NCBI GenBank assembly: GCA_038087875.1
Contig: CM075993.1
Span: 3,536,001 to 3,600,000 of the forward strand
From: Malacoraja senta
Lineage: Eukaryota
Direction of reading: 5' to 3'
Length of the DNA stretch: 64,000 nucleotides
This document shows positions 29,301 to 42,267 of this stretch, piece after piece; the stretch's first letter is position 1; every line of letters begins with the position of its first letter. The notes beneath the pieces are model-generated. The model saw only the letters and a list, made by a program, of their open reading frames with translations. It did not search any database and had not been told where the DNA came from. The translations under genes and the position numbers were made by a program.

Positions 29301-30073
29301 GTAAGTTTTAACCCCCTCTAATCCCTAACCCCCACCTCCCCTCCTCCCTCTGCTTCTGTTTCCAAACTGACCCATTGCAAAACTAATCAACCGAAGGTTT
29401 TGTTTGGGCATCTCCACATTGCTGCTTGTTAAGACTTTGATATTTCGCTGGACCCTGGTAACAGTGCAATCTAGTGCGTGTTGCATTTCGTGATATTTCA
29501 ACAAACTTCACTGCAGTCTTTGACTGTTCAGCTGTTGAAAGTTTGAACGGGGTAAATAAAAGTGGAGATAGGTGCACATCACGTCTCCACCTTATTTTTG
29601 GCTATTGTGAAACGTCCCGTCCTTATCGGCTCTCGTAGATATATCCCTCTCCATGGAGGCGTGCGTTTAGTACACGTGTGAAGTCACAGCGTTGATAGAG
29701 CACGAAACAGTACAGGGACACGACCTCTTTCCTGCCTGCTGTGCCCAACATTAGGGCAAGTTCCCACAACCAGAGAGCAGCGCTGAACTACAATCTACCT
29801 CTTGATCACCCTCGGACAGTCCTTGGTCGAACTTTGCTGGCTTTACCTTGCACTGAACGTTATTCCCTTATGTATCTAAACCTACAGCCATTCGGCTATT
29901 AAACACTACAACCTCAAATAAGCTCAGGACTACGTAGACTATTATGGTTATCCAGAGTCAAGAGTGTTTTATATGTCCCAGATAGAACAATTACATTCTT
30001 ACTTGCTGCAGCACAACAGAATATGTAAACATTGTATGATATGATAAACGAGAGAGAGGAAAACAAAATTCAG

Positions 30074-31151
<1,078 letters not shown>

Positions 31152-32046
31152 CTCAAAAAACAAACAATAATATTGCAATAATAATAATAATAGTTTTGTA
31201 GTTAAGAGCTTATATGAGGTTGTAGTATTTAATATTTAAGAAGGAACTGCAGATGCTGGAAAAATCAAAAGTAGACAAAAAATGCTGGAGTAACTCAGCG
31301 GGTGAGGCAGCATCTATGGAGAGAAGGAATAGGCGACATTTCGGGTCTACACCCTACTTCATTTAATAGCCTGATTATTAGTCAGTAAGTTTAGTTTAAG
31401 GATAGTGCAGAAACAGGCCCTTTGGCCCATCGAGTCCATGCTGACCAGCGACTAACACTATCCTACACAAACTAGGGATAATTTTACAATTATACCAAGC
31501 CAATTAACCTACATCCCTGTATGTATTTGAAGTGTGGGAAGTAACTGGAGAAAACCCACGCGGTGACAGGGAGAACGTACAAACTCCACACAGACAGTAC
31601 CTGTGGGCAGGATCGAGCCCGTGTCTCTGGTGTTGTAAGGCAGTAAATCTACCGCTACACCACCCTGCCACTCCCCAGTAAAACATTGTCACTTCTTATG
31701 TACAAAACAGTGGTTGATTAATGGAGACACAAGAAATTGCAGATGCTGCAGAAAACACAAAGTGCTGGAGTAACTCAGCGGTTCAGGCAGAATCTCTGGA
31801 GGACATGGGTAGATGATTTTTCGTTACTTCAGTATGTTGGATGTTAACAATGTTAATGTTGAGAACTTTGTGTTTTAATAGTTGATTAACTGTGGTTTTC
31901 CATGCGAGGCTTGCATTTTTATAGTATAGTACTTTTTATCACACAAGGAAGACACAAAGTGCTTTACAGCTCATAATGTAATCGTGAACAAGATATGCTG
32001 GAAACACTTGGGACAGGAAGCATCTCCCAGAGTCATAGAGCTGTGT

Positions 32047-32346
32047 ATAGTTTAGTTTAGTATAGAGATACAGACTGGAAACGGGCCCTTCAGCCCACTG
32101 TGCCCGCACCGACCAGCGATCCCCGCGCACTAACACTATCCCGCACACACTAGGGACAATTTATATTCACAAAACCTACAAACCTCTACCTCTTTGGAGT
32201 GTGGGAGGAAACCGATGATCTCGGAGAAACCCACGCGGTCACGAGGAGAACGTACAAACTCCGTACACTCAGCATACACGTAGTCGGGATCGAACCCGGG
32301 TCTCTGGCGCTGTAAGGCAGCAACTCTACTGCTGTGCCGCCATGCC
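32047..32346 (-). mobile_element. HE1-type V-SINE
   Basis: Head, V domain and tail all recognisable. Confidence 0.85.
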
Positions 32347-33427
32347 TCTGCACTGTGGAACCAGGCCCTTTGGCCCACCATATCCATGCTGACCATGCAG
32401 GCATACTAGGCATAACAGCTGTGAGGTGAAGGGGGGGAAAGTTTTTTTTACACACAGAGAGGTGGGGGCCTGGAGCCCATTGCCAGGGGGTGGTGGTGGA
32501 AGCAGATTAAGGGCCGTTTAAGAGGCATTTAGATCGGCATGTGGAGATGCAGGGAATGGAGGGATATGGATCACGTCCAGGCAGATGAGATCAGTTTAAT
32601 TTGGCATCATGTTCAGCCAAACACTATCGGCTGAAGGGCCCATTCCTCTGCTGTCGTGTTATATGTTCTGAGTTATTTTGTCCCGTTTGCCTGCATTTGG
32701 CCCGTAGCCGCCCTATCCATATACCTTGTCCAATCCATATATCCACGATGGACCTAAAATGCTGGAGCAACTCAGCCGGACAGGCAGCATCTCTGGCTAG
32801 AGATTCCTTCTATCCAGAGATGCCGCCATCCCGTTGAGTTACTCCAGCATTTTGTGTCTATCTTTGGTGTAAACCAGCATCTGCAGTTCCTTCCTACACG
32901 GTCCATATATCCTATCTGTGTATCTTTCTGGAAAGAGAATAAGAGTTGACATTTCAATTCGCAGACCCTTCATCGAAACTCCAGGTGGGCAAAGAATTTT
33001 AATTTTGTTGATTCCTTCGTTGGTGTAACTTCTGAGAACCCTCCTCCTCCTCATCCTCATCATCATCATCATCATCGTTGAAAACATCAACGGGCCACAG
33101 TGATCGCAACTTCTACTGAAGTGTGTGGATGGCCGTAGCTCGCTAGAAGCTCATCCGCCCTTTGACAGGTCTTGTTTTTGGTCCTGCTGGGGGTCCACAG
33201 CTCCCTCCTCACCTGGCAAACCAGGTGGGGGAGACGGTTTAGTCGCCGACTATCCGACCATGGAGAGGGTAGCACGGGATTACATGGTACCTGTGGCGGG
33301 GGGAACTCCCCGACTTGCTCCAACTACACAGGACTTCTCCACCTCCTTTGAAGTTAGATGCCTGTCCAGCAATCCGCATCGCAAAGGAAGAAAATGGAAG
33401 ATTTAAATTCCACAAAGTAATGTTTTT

Positions 33428-34485
33428 ATAGATACATAGATACATAGAAAATAGGTGCAGGAGTAGGCCATTCGGCCCTTCGAGCCTGCACCGCCATTCA
33501 ATATGATCATGGCTGATCATCCAACTCGGTATCCCGTACCTGCCTTCTCTCCATACCCCCTGATCCCTTTAGCCACAAGGGCCACATCTAACTCCCTCTT
33601 AAATATAGCCAATGAACTGGCCTCAACTACCCTCTGTGGCAGAGAGTTCCAGAGATTCACCACTCTCTGTGTGAAAAAGATTTTCCTCATCTCGGTCTTA
33701 AAGGATTTCCCCCTTATCCTTAAGCTGTGACCCCTTGTCCTGGACTTCCCCAACATCGGGAACAATCTTCCTGCATCTAGCCTGTCCAACCCCATAAGAA
33801 TTTTGTACGTTTCTATAAGATCCCTCTCAATCTCCTAAATTCTAGCGAGTATAAGCCAAGTCTATCCAGTCTTTCTTCATATGAAAGTCCTGACATCCCA
33901 GGAATCAGTCTGGTGAACCTTCTCTGTACTCCCTCTATGGCTATAATGTCCTTCCTCAGATTTGGAGACCAAAACTGTACGCAATACTCCAGGTGTGGTC
34001 TCACCAAGACCCTGTACAACTGCAGTAGAACCTCCCTGCTCCTATACTCAAATCCTCTTGCTATGAAAGCCAACATACCATTCGCTTTCTTCACTGCCTG
34101 CTGCACCTGCATGCCTACTTTCAATGACTGGTGTACCATGACACCCAGGTCTCGCTGCACCTCCCTATTTCCTAATCGGCCACCATTTAGATAATAGTCT
34201 GCCTTCCCGTTTTTGCCACCAAAGTGGATAACCTCACATTTATCCACATTATACTGCATCTGCCAAACATTTGCCCACTCACCCAGCCTATCCAAGTCAC
34301 CTTGCAGTCTCCTAGCATCCTCCTCACAGCTAACACTGCCCCCCAGCTTAGTGTCATCCGCAAACCTGGAGATGTTGCCTTCAATTCCCTCGTCCAGATC
34401 ATTAATATAAATTGTAAATAGCTGGGGTCCCAGCACTGAGCCTTGCAGTACCCCACTAGTCACTGCCTGCCATTGTGAAAAGGAC
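33428..34485 (-). mobile_element. CR1/HER1-type LINE, 5'-truncated, young
   Basis: ORF track shows SGVLQGSVLGP...FADDTKL...LVRPHLEYCVQFWSP, then ORF2 C-terminus, 3' UTR and (CTATGTAT)n tail. Confidence 0.93.
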
Positions 34486-35262
34486 GGGGGCAAGTGATTA
34501 CAGACTTTAGATGGGCGACCTGTGATGAGATTATAACCTGTCACGCTAATAAAATGTAACCAGGTCTGTGTAATCCTATCAACGTTGCCATGACAACATC
34601 TAAGTGCTATTTCAGTACGACATGCTGTACAGAACTTTAGCTGGATTAAAATAAATGATCCTCCACGTTTGATACATCAAAGTAACGAGTCATACAACAT
34701 GGAAACAGACCCTTCGGCCCAACTTGCCCATGCCAGCCAAGTTGCCCTATCTACAATAGTCCCCCGCCCACATTTGACCCACAGCCCTTTACATTTTATC
34801 CTGGACATGTTCTTGTCGAAATGTCTTTCAAGTGTTGTTACAGCACCTGCCTCAACTGAAAAAAACTGCTTAGAAGGTTGTTTAGGAAGGAACTGCAGAT
34901 GCTGTTTTACACCAAAGATAGACACAAAATGCTGGAGTAACTCTCTGGAGTGAAGGAATGGGTCATGTTTCAGGTCAAGAGAAGGGTCTCGACCCGAAAC
35001 GTCACCCATTCCTTCTCTGCAGAGATGCTGCCCATCCCGCTGAGTTACTCCAGCATTTTGTGTCCATCTTCAATTAGCTTTACAGTGACTATTGATCAAC
35101 AGCTTGTGATTATGCTCTCTGGGATGGTCCACAGAGACCATCCATCTCTGGGATGTGTGAGAGTTAGCTGGGATGTGGTGGATCTGGTCCAGGGCTTACA
35201 GTGACCAGTGTTTATAAAAAGTTGTCTCCTCATTTTCCTCTTGACTGGACTTCACACAGTTA

Positions 35263-35804
35263 AGGGCCTGTCCCACTTGGGCATTATTTGCGTGACAGGC
35301 CGGTAGTGACCGACGCGCGACGGTCGCGCGCAAATCCCGCGTCATCATGCGTCAGCACGGCCGTCTGGTGCGCGTGACGTCATTAGAATACCCTGCTTCC
35401 CTATTCTGCATCATGACCATCATGGAAGAACTACAGATGTTATTGCTACAGCAACAACAGAGACGCCTGTTAGCAGCAGCCCTCATACTTACAGATCAGC
35501 CAGGCATGACGCGTAAAAGGCGGGCCGACTGCGTATGGGCGTCGCGCGGCGTCGCATGTTTACGGACGTTGACGCACGGTAACCATGCGTCACCACGCGA
35601 TACAGCGCGCGATGCCAATGCGTCAGCAATACGTCACGCAGGATTTCAGTACACTACGAAACCCTGGAGCGTCGCACGACACTGCGCGCCACTGCATGCG
35701 ATTCCACGCCTCACCATGCGCTATGCGCGCGTCACCCACGCGTCACGACGCTTGGACCAATTTTCTACATGACGCGCAAATGACGCCCAAGTGGGACAGG
35801 CCCT
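35263..35804. mobile_element. PIF/Harbinger-type MITE
   Basis: TIRs agggcctgtcccacttgggc (20 bp perfect, about 30 bp with 2 mismatches); TTA target duplication at 35260-35262 and 35805-35807; CpG-rich interior. Confidence 0.88.
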
Positions 35805-35856
35805 TTACCCCTTGCTCGTTCTTGCATAGCATCTTTAACCATTGATTATTTTTCAG

Positions 35857-36011
35857 ATGCCCTCCCGAGATCTGACCAAGTCCGGATTGTGCCTTCGATA
35901 CGAAGCCAAAGCGGTTCGGTTTGGACCAAGAACCGTATCGCCTTTGTCAACTGGGAAATTGAAGTTGCTTTCCGGATCACAGGAAGAAACCGGGTTGGCG
36001 CTGACGGGCTG
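35857..36011 (+). CDS. LMAN1L: LMAN1L exon 2
   Basis: tttcag|AT GCC...GGG CTG|gtgtgt. Encodes (N)ALPRSDQVRIVPSIRSQSGSVWTKNRIAFVNWEIEVAFRITGRNRVGADGL; 155 bp. Confidence 0.92.
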
Positions 36012-36526
36012 GTGTGTTAATGTTCAAGGTTTTACCACAGCGCTTCCCGGATTAGTGGGTATTTGCTACAGGGAAAAGGTTGGGCAGGCTGGAGTTGATT
36101 TCTCTGAAACACTGGAGGTTACGGGGACACCTCTTAGAAATATTGCATGTAAAATTACCAGAGACATAGATAGTGTAGACAGTCGGAGCCTTTTGGTAGA
36201 CACAAAATGCTGGAGTAACTCAGCGGGACAGGCAGCATCTCTGGAGAGAAGGAATGGGTGACGTTTCGGGTTGAGACCCTTCTTTAGATTAACCTTTTTC
36301 CCCAGGGTGGATAAACAAAATACTAGAGGGCAAGGTGAGAGGGGCAAAGTTTAGAGGAGATGTGCTGGAACGGGGTACTGATTTAGGATGATCAGCCACG
36401 ATCATACTGAATGGCAGTGCTGACTCGAAGGGCCGAATGGCCTACTCCTGCACCTATTTTCTATGTTTCTAAGTGTCCTTGTTTGTTGAGATACGTGAAT
36501 GTGACTCGAGCCGTCTGCCGCTTCAG

Positions 36527-36634
36527 GCCGTGTGGTACAGCAAAGACAAGGGGCCGGCGGGACCGGTGTACGGAGCAGCCGACCAGTGGAACGGCGTTGG
36601 CGTCTTCTTTGATACTTTTGACAACGACGGCAGC
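36527..36634 (+). CDS. LMAN1L: LMAN1L exon 3
   Basis: ttcag|GCC GTG TGG...GGC AGC|gtaagt. Encodes AVWYSKDKGPAGPVYGAADQWNGVGVFFDTFDNDGS; 108 bp. Confidence 0.93.
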
Positions 36635-36716
36635 GTAAGTCTAACAGAGCGAGGTGTGAGTTTTATTGAGTTTGTTTTTTGGAAAGTAACAAGGGGGAGA
36701 TGTTGACCCCTATGAC

Positions 36717-36863
36717 TTCTTCTTCTTCCTCTTCTTTCGTGTGGCGTGCACAGCCTAAAGTTGCAGGACAACTTGTTCTATTTGATCTTCCGTGTGTTCA
36801 CATCGAGTTGATTGCATTAGTCGAAACAGGGCGGCCCACGTGAAGGCTGCCATCTTCCACCCC
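36717..36863 (-). mobile_element. 147-bp non-autonomous retroposon (possibly Ingi/Vingi-dependent) with (GAA)n tail
   Basis: 11-bp TSD acccctatgac at 36706-36716 and 36864-36874; minus-strand 3' end ...ggctgtgcacgccacacgaaagaagaggaagaagaagaa. Family assignment is inference. Confidence 0.8.
36810..36863 (-). ncRNA. HDV-like (CPEB3-type) self-cleaving ribozyme motif
   Basis: GGGGUGG-AA-GAUGGCA-GCC-UUCACGU-GGG-CCGCCCU-GU-UUCGA-CUAA-UGCAAUC. 7-bp P1 with G1-U wobble, L3 UUCACGU, J4/2 CUAA, P2 with 6 of 7 pairs, P3 with 2 of 3 pairs. Confidence 0.75.
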
Positions 36864-37026
36864 ACCCCTATGACCAAGGAAGCGCAGCAAAGCCTCTACT
36901 TTCCCACAAGGCTACTATGATTCATTATGCCTCCAAGGACTCCAATTCCAATGGGAAAGGGTGCAGAGGAGATTTACGAGGATGTTGCCAGGACTCGAGG
37001 GTCTGAGCTCCCGGGAGTTTGACTCA

Positions 37027-37790
37027 ATACTCGAAATGCGGTCTCGCCAACATCTTATGCAACTCCAAGATGACCTCCCGACTTCTATACACAATTCTCT
37101 GACTGATGAAAGCCAATGTGCCAAACGTTTTGACCACCCTATCTACCTTGGACCCCACCTTTAAGGAACCATGCAACTGCACTCTTAGACCCCTCTGCTC
37201 TACAACACTACCCAGAGCCCTACCTTTCACTGTGTCTTTCCTGCCCATATTGGACTTCTCAAAATGCAACACCTCACATTTCTCTGTATTGAATTCCATC
37301 AACCATTCCTCAGCCCACCTGGCCAATCGATCCAGATCCTCCTGCAATTTTTCACAACCATCTTCACTATCTACAAAATCACCCACTTTTGTATCATCTG
37401 CAAACTTGCTAATCGTGCCGTGTATGTTCTCATCCAAATCATTGATGTAGGTAACAAACTGTAACAAGCCCAGCACTGAACCCTGAGGCACACCAGTCTT
37501 AGTCACAGGACTCCTGACCGAGAAGCCACCTTCCACCATCACTCTCTGCTTCCTTCCATGAAGCCAATTTTCTATGCATTCAGCTATCACCCCTTGGATC
37601 CCATGAGATCTAACCTTTCAGAGCAGACTACCATGCGGAACCTTGTCGAATCCTTTGCTGAAGTCCATGTATACAACATCTACAGCTCTGCCCTCACGAA
37701 CCTTTTTGGTCACGTCTTCAGAAAAACTCGATCAGATTTGTGAGACACGACCTCCCACGTACAAACCCATGCTGACCATCCCTAATCAGA
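37027..37790 (-). mobile_element. Older CR1-type LINE RT fragment
   Basis: ORF 37024-37590 with [17 protein letters not shown] and EFNTEKCEVLHF. Confidence 0.88.
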
Positions 37791-38035
37791 TGGGACATGT
37801 TGGCCGATGTGGGCAAGTTGGGCCAAAGGGCCTGTTTCCACGCTGTGGGGTTCAGTCTAACCAGAAGTTCTGCGGAAAATGGCCGAGTTGCCTCGGCAAA
37901 TGTAGATCTCTCGATTGTCGTTAATTAGGGTGTTTTCACAGATGCAACCGATGTTGATCTTTGACCTTTGATGGATCCAGTGGATGAAAGGCAGCTTAAC
38001 GCTAATCAACTTTTCTCTCTTCCGCCGGCTTCTAG

Positions 38036-38097
38036 AAAAACAACCCAATTGTGCTTGTGGTGGGAAATGATGGACAGATGACCTATGATCACATGAC
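38036..38097 (+). CDS. LMAN1L: LMAN1L exon 4
   Basis: ctag|AAA AAC AAC CCA...ATG AC|gtgagt. Encodes KNNPIVLVVGNDGQMTYDHM(T); 62 bp. Confidence 0.92.
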
Positions 38098-38907
38098 GTG
38101 AGTTGTCATTCATTCCGTCGTGTTACATTTTTCGATTTAAGAAAAAGTAATTTTGCTCGTTGATGTCCTTGGTGACATTTTTAAAGAAATCACAGACGAT
38201 GACTATTGAAGCATAGAAGTTGGGAGGTCATGTTGCACTTATATCAGACGGTGAGGCCACATTTAGTGTATTGTGTTCAGCTTTTCCCAGATGCTGTCAA
38301 GTTGGAAAGGGTGCAGAGAAGGTTTGCGAGGATGTTGCCAGGATTGGAGAGGTTGAGCAGGCCTGGAGTGCAGGAGGATGAGGGGGGGATCTTGTAGAGG
38401 TGTACAAAATCATGAGGGGAATAGATCGGGTAAACGCAGAGAGTCTCTTGCCCAGAATCCTGGGATTGAGAACCAGAGGACATAGGTTTAAGGCGAGGGG
38501 GGGGGGGGGGGGGGAGATTTAATTGGAACCTGAGAGGTAACGCTTTTACACAAAGGGTGGTGGGTGTATGGAACAAGCTGCCAGAGGAGGTAGTTGAGGC
38601 AGGGACTATATTAAACACGACAACCTCCAAATAGGTTCCAAACTTTATAGACTTGGGGACATTATTTTTGCACTATTGTCAATTTACACTTTTTTTGTGG
38701 TTTATTATGGGTTCCACAGAGTACCATGTTTACTTATCCGTTGTGCTGCTGCAAGTAATGGCTGATGATATCATTCTTATCACGCATTGACAAAATAATT
38801 TTGAAATGCGTACTTAGCTTTGTGAACTAAGGGGGCATGGTGACACAACAGGTACAGCCGCTGCCTCACGGCGCCAGAGACCTGCGTTCCATCCCGACCT
38901 TGCTGAT

Positions 38908-39322
38908 AATAGACAACAGACAATAGGTGCAGGAGCAGGCCATCCGGCCCTTCGAGCCAGCACCGCCATTCAATGTGATCATGGCTGATCATCCCCAATC
39001 AGTAACCCGTTCCTGCCTTCTCCCCATATCCCCTGACTCCGCTATCTTTAAGAGCCCTATCTAGCTCTCTCTTGAAAGTATCCAGAGAACCGGCCTCCAC
39101 CGCCCTCTGAGGCGGAGAATTCCACAGACTCACAACTCTCTGTGAGAAAAAGTGTTTCCTCGTCTCTGTTCTAAATGGCTTACCCCTTATTCTTAAACAG
39201 TGGCCCCTGGTTCTGGACTCCCCCAACATCGGGAACACGTTTCCTGCCTCTAGCGTGTCCAAACCCTTAATAATCTTGTGTGTTTCAACAAGATATCCTC
39301 TCATCCTTCTAAACTCCAGAGT
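38908..39322 (-). mobile_element. CR1 3' end inserted into an HE1-type SINE
   Basis: ORF 38999-39304; SINE head at about 38832-38900 and SINE body resuming at about 39322-39570. Confidence 0.82.
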
Positions 39323-39849
39323 CTGTGTGAAGCTTGCACGTTCTCCCCGGGACCTCGTGGGTTTCCTCCAGGTGCTCTGATTTTCCCTCGCATCCCAAAG
39401 GCGTGTGGCTTTGAAGCTTAATTGACCTCACTAAATTGCCTTGAATGTGTCGGGAGTGGATGAGCAAGTGGGATAACATAGAACTACTGATTCAAACCAA
39501 TGGTAGGTGCGGACTCAGTGGGCTGAATGGCCTGTTTCCTTGCTATTTCTTTAAATCAATCAATTAAATCAACTCGAAGATTGACACAAAGCTGGAGCAA
39601 CTCAGCGGGTCAGGCAGCATCTCTGGAGAAAAGAAATAGGTGATGTTTCAGGTCGAGGCCCCTCTTCCCGAAACGTCACCTATTCCTTTTCTCCAGAGAT
39701 GCTGTCTGACCCGCTGAGTTACTCCTGCTTTTTGTGTCTACCTTCAGTTTAAACCAGCATCTGGCAGTTCCTTCCGACACAATTAAACTAACACATCCAT
39801 TTTAGAAGCAGTTGATGATAAAAACTCTCTGGTTTCAACCTTTCTGCAG

Positions 39850-39951
39850 AGACGGTGCTAGCCAGGCTCTGGGATGGTGTCTGCGCGATTATCGCAACAG
39901 CTTTCAGCCTGTGTGCGTGTGCGGATACGGTACTACCAGAAGGCACTCCAG
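39850..39951 (+). CDS. LMAN1L: LMAN1L exon 5, with an apparent 2-bp insertion
   Basis: tgcag|A GAC GGT...CTC CAG|gtacgc. Reads DGASQALGWCLRDYRNSFQPV, then RVRIRYYQKALQ only after removing 2 nt from the cctgtgtgcgtgtgcgg slippage run; 102 bp where 100 keeps the frame. Confidence 0.88.
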
Positions 39952-40296
39952 GTACGCCACACTGGATGGGCAATGAACTCTGACTTGCTATTCAAACTTA
40001 ATGCTACATCCTTGAACTGATGTTTTCCCGTTTCGATCCGCCGCTATTTGGTTTTTGTTGAGTCCGCATGTCCTCCCTTCTCCCCAGTCTCTTGCTCATT
40101 CATGCAGACATGAGGGACATATAGCTTGACATCTAGGGTTTGGTATTGAGGTGATCAATACTGTTGGGCCCATCCAAGCCTCTACTTCCTCGAAGATTCG
40201 GTATGTCGATGAATACTTTCCCGAGTCTCCACAGGTATACAGTGGAGAGTTTATAGATTTCTTGCATCACGGCCTGGCTTTGCCAACCTAAATGCT

Positions 40297-40945
40297 AATA
40301 GACAATAGACGCAAGAGTAGGCCATTCGGCCCTTTGAGCCAGCACCGCCATTCAATGTGATCATGGCTGATCATCCCCAATCAGTACCCCGTTCCTGTCT
40401 TCTCTCCATATCATAGAAACATAGAAAATAGGTACAGGAGTAGGCCATTCGGCCCCTTCGAGCCTGCACTGCCATTCAATATGATCATGGCTGATCATCC
40501 AACTGATACCCCTGACTCCGCTATCTTTAACAGCCCTATCTAGCTCTCTCTTGAAAGTATCCAGAGAACCGGCCTCCACCGCCCTCTGAGGCAGAGAATT
40601 CCACAGACTCACCACTCTCTGTGAGAAAAAGTGTTTCCTCGTCTCCGTTCTAAATGGCTTACCCCTTATTCTTAAACTGTGTGGCCCCTGGTTCTGGACT
40701 CCCCCAACATCGGGAACACGTTTCCTGCCTCTAGCGTGTCCAAACCCTGAACAATCTAATATGTTTCAATAAGATCCCCTCTCATCCTTCGAAACTCCAG
40801 AGTCTACAAGCCCAGCCGCTCCATTCTCTCAGCATATGACAGTCCCACCATCCCGGGAATTAACCTTGTAAACCTACACTGCACTCCCTCAATAGCAAAA
40901 ATGTCCTTCCTCAAATTAGGGGACCAAAACTGCACACAATACCCC
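40297..40945 (-). mobile_element. CR1 3' fragment with a nested CR1 tail
   Basis: CVQFWSPNLRKD to NSLPQRAVEA; a second tail is inserted at about 40412-40505. Confidence 0.85.
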
Positions 40946-42143
40946 AGGCAATGAAGGAGATGACAAAACGTGGTGGACACAGCCCAGTCCATCACGGGTA
41001 CTGACCTTCCCACCATTGAAGGGATCTATCAGAGATGTTACCCCAGAGAGCCAGCCAGCATTGTCATGTTCCCACAACATCTTGGCCTTGCTCTTATGTC
41101 CCTCCTATCAAGAGGTACAGGTGTCTGAAACCATGACCACCAGGTTCAAGAATAGCTTCATCCCAACAACCATCAAACGCTTGACCGCTACACAACACCA
41201 AATAAAATATGAACCATGGAATGTCTTTGGTTTGAGGCTATTTTGCACATATTGAGATATATGAGGAGGAGGACTGAACTTTGGTGCCTTCCCTCACAGT
41301 GGGAAACTTTGATACCGCTGTGTGGGGATGTTTATGTTAAAGACTATCGTGTTCTGTGTTCTTTATTTTATTCGTATGGCTGTATGGTGACCCCCCAATT
41401 TCACTGTACCAATTGGTGGATGTGACAATAAATGTCTCTTGTCTTGTACTAAATTAATTAACATGTTAATTATGAGTATTGTGTTCACAAACCTGTACGT
41501 CTTGGGAGTGCGGGAGGAAACCGAAGATCTCGGAGAAAAGCCGCGCAGGTCACGGGGAGAACGTACAAACTCCGTACAGACAGCGCCCGTAGTCGGGATC
41601 GAACCAGGGTCTCTGGCGCTGCAAGCGCTGTAAGGCAGCAACTCTACCGCTGCGCCACGGTGTTGTCAAGCTGGAAAGGGTGCAGAGATGATTGACGAGG
41701 ATGTTGCCAGGACCTGAGCTATGGGGGTGGGTGAACAGACCAGGACACTATTCCTCAGAGCGCAGGAGGATGAGGAGTGATCGTCTAGAGGTCGATAAGA
41801 TCACGAGAGGAATAGATCGAGTAATTTTACTCTGAGTGGGGAATCAAGAACCGGAGTACATAGTTGAGGAGGGCTGGATTTAATAGGAATCTGAGGGGCA
41901 ACCTTTTTTACACCGAGGGTGGCAGGTCTAGGAACGAGCTGCTGGAGGAGGTAGTTGAGGTTGGTTTATCACATTTGGACAGGTACATGGATAGGGCAGG
42001 TTTAGAGGGGAGATGGGCCAAACGCAGGCAGGTGGGACTAGTGTAGAGGGGGGCATGTTGGTCGGCGTGGGCAAGTTTGGCCGAAGATGCTGTTTCCACG
42101 CTGTACGACTGTGGTAACGCTCTGTGCCTGTCCTCATTCACAG

Positions 42144-42267
42144 GTTTACGTAAATCTGGGGAGGGCTGATGTCGATGAGAATTACGAGTTGTGCATGAAG
42201 TCACTGAAGAATGAACCTACCATTGGACGGGCACTTGGAGTGTCCTCAGCCACAGGCTCGGTTGCTG
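42144..42267 (+). CDS. LMAN1L: LMAN1L exon 6, with internal compensating indels
   Basis: cacag|GTT TAC...GCT G|gtgagt. Encodes VYVNLGRADVDENYELC...GVSSATGSVA; the family-like MNLPLDGH lies in a shifted frame in the middle; 124 bp. Confidence 0.88.

Noticed and set aside
33230..33345. Second HDV-like ribozyme in the (GAT)n-tailed element
   Set aside because: Candidate P1, P4 and CUAA pieces exist, but no compatible P3/L3 or P2 could be built.
39850..39861. Alternative acceptor 2 nt downstream that might rescue the exon 5 frameshift
   Set aside because: It gives ACA CGG TGC TAG, an immediate stop.
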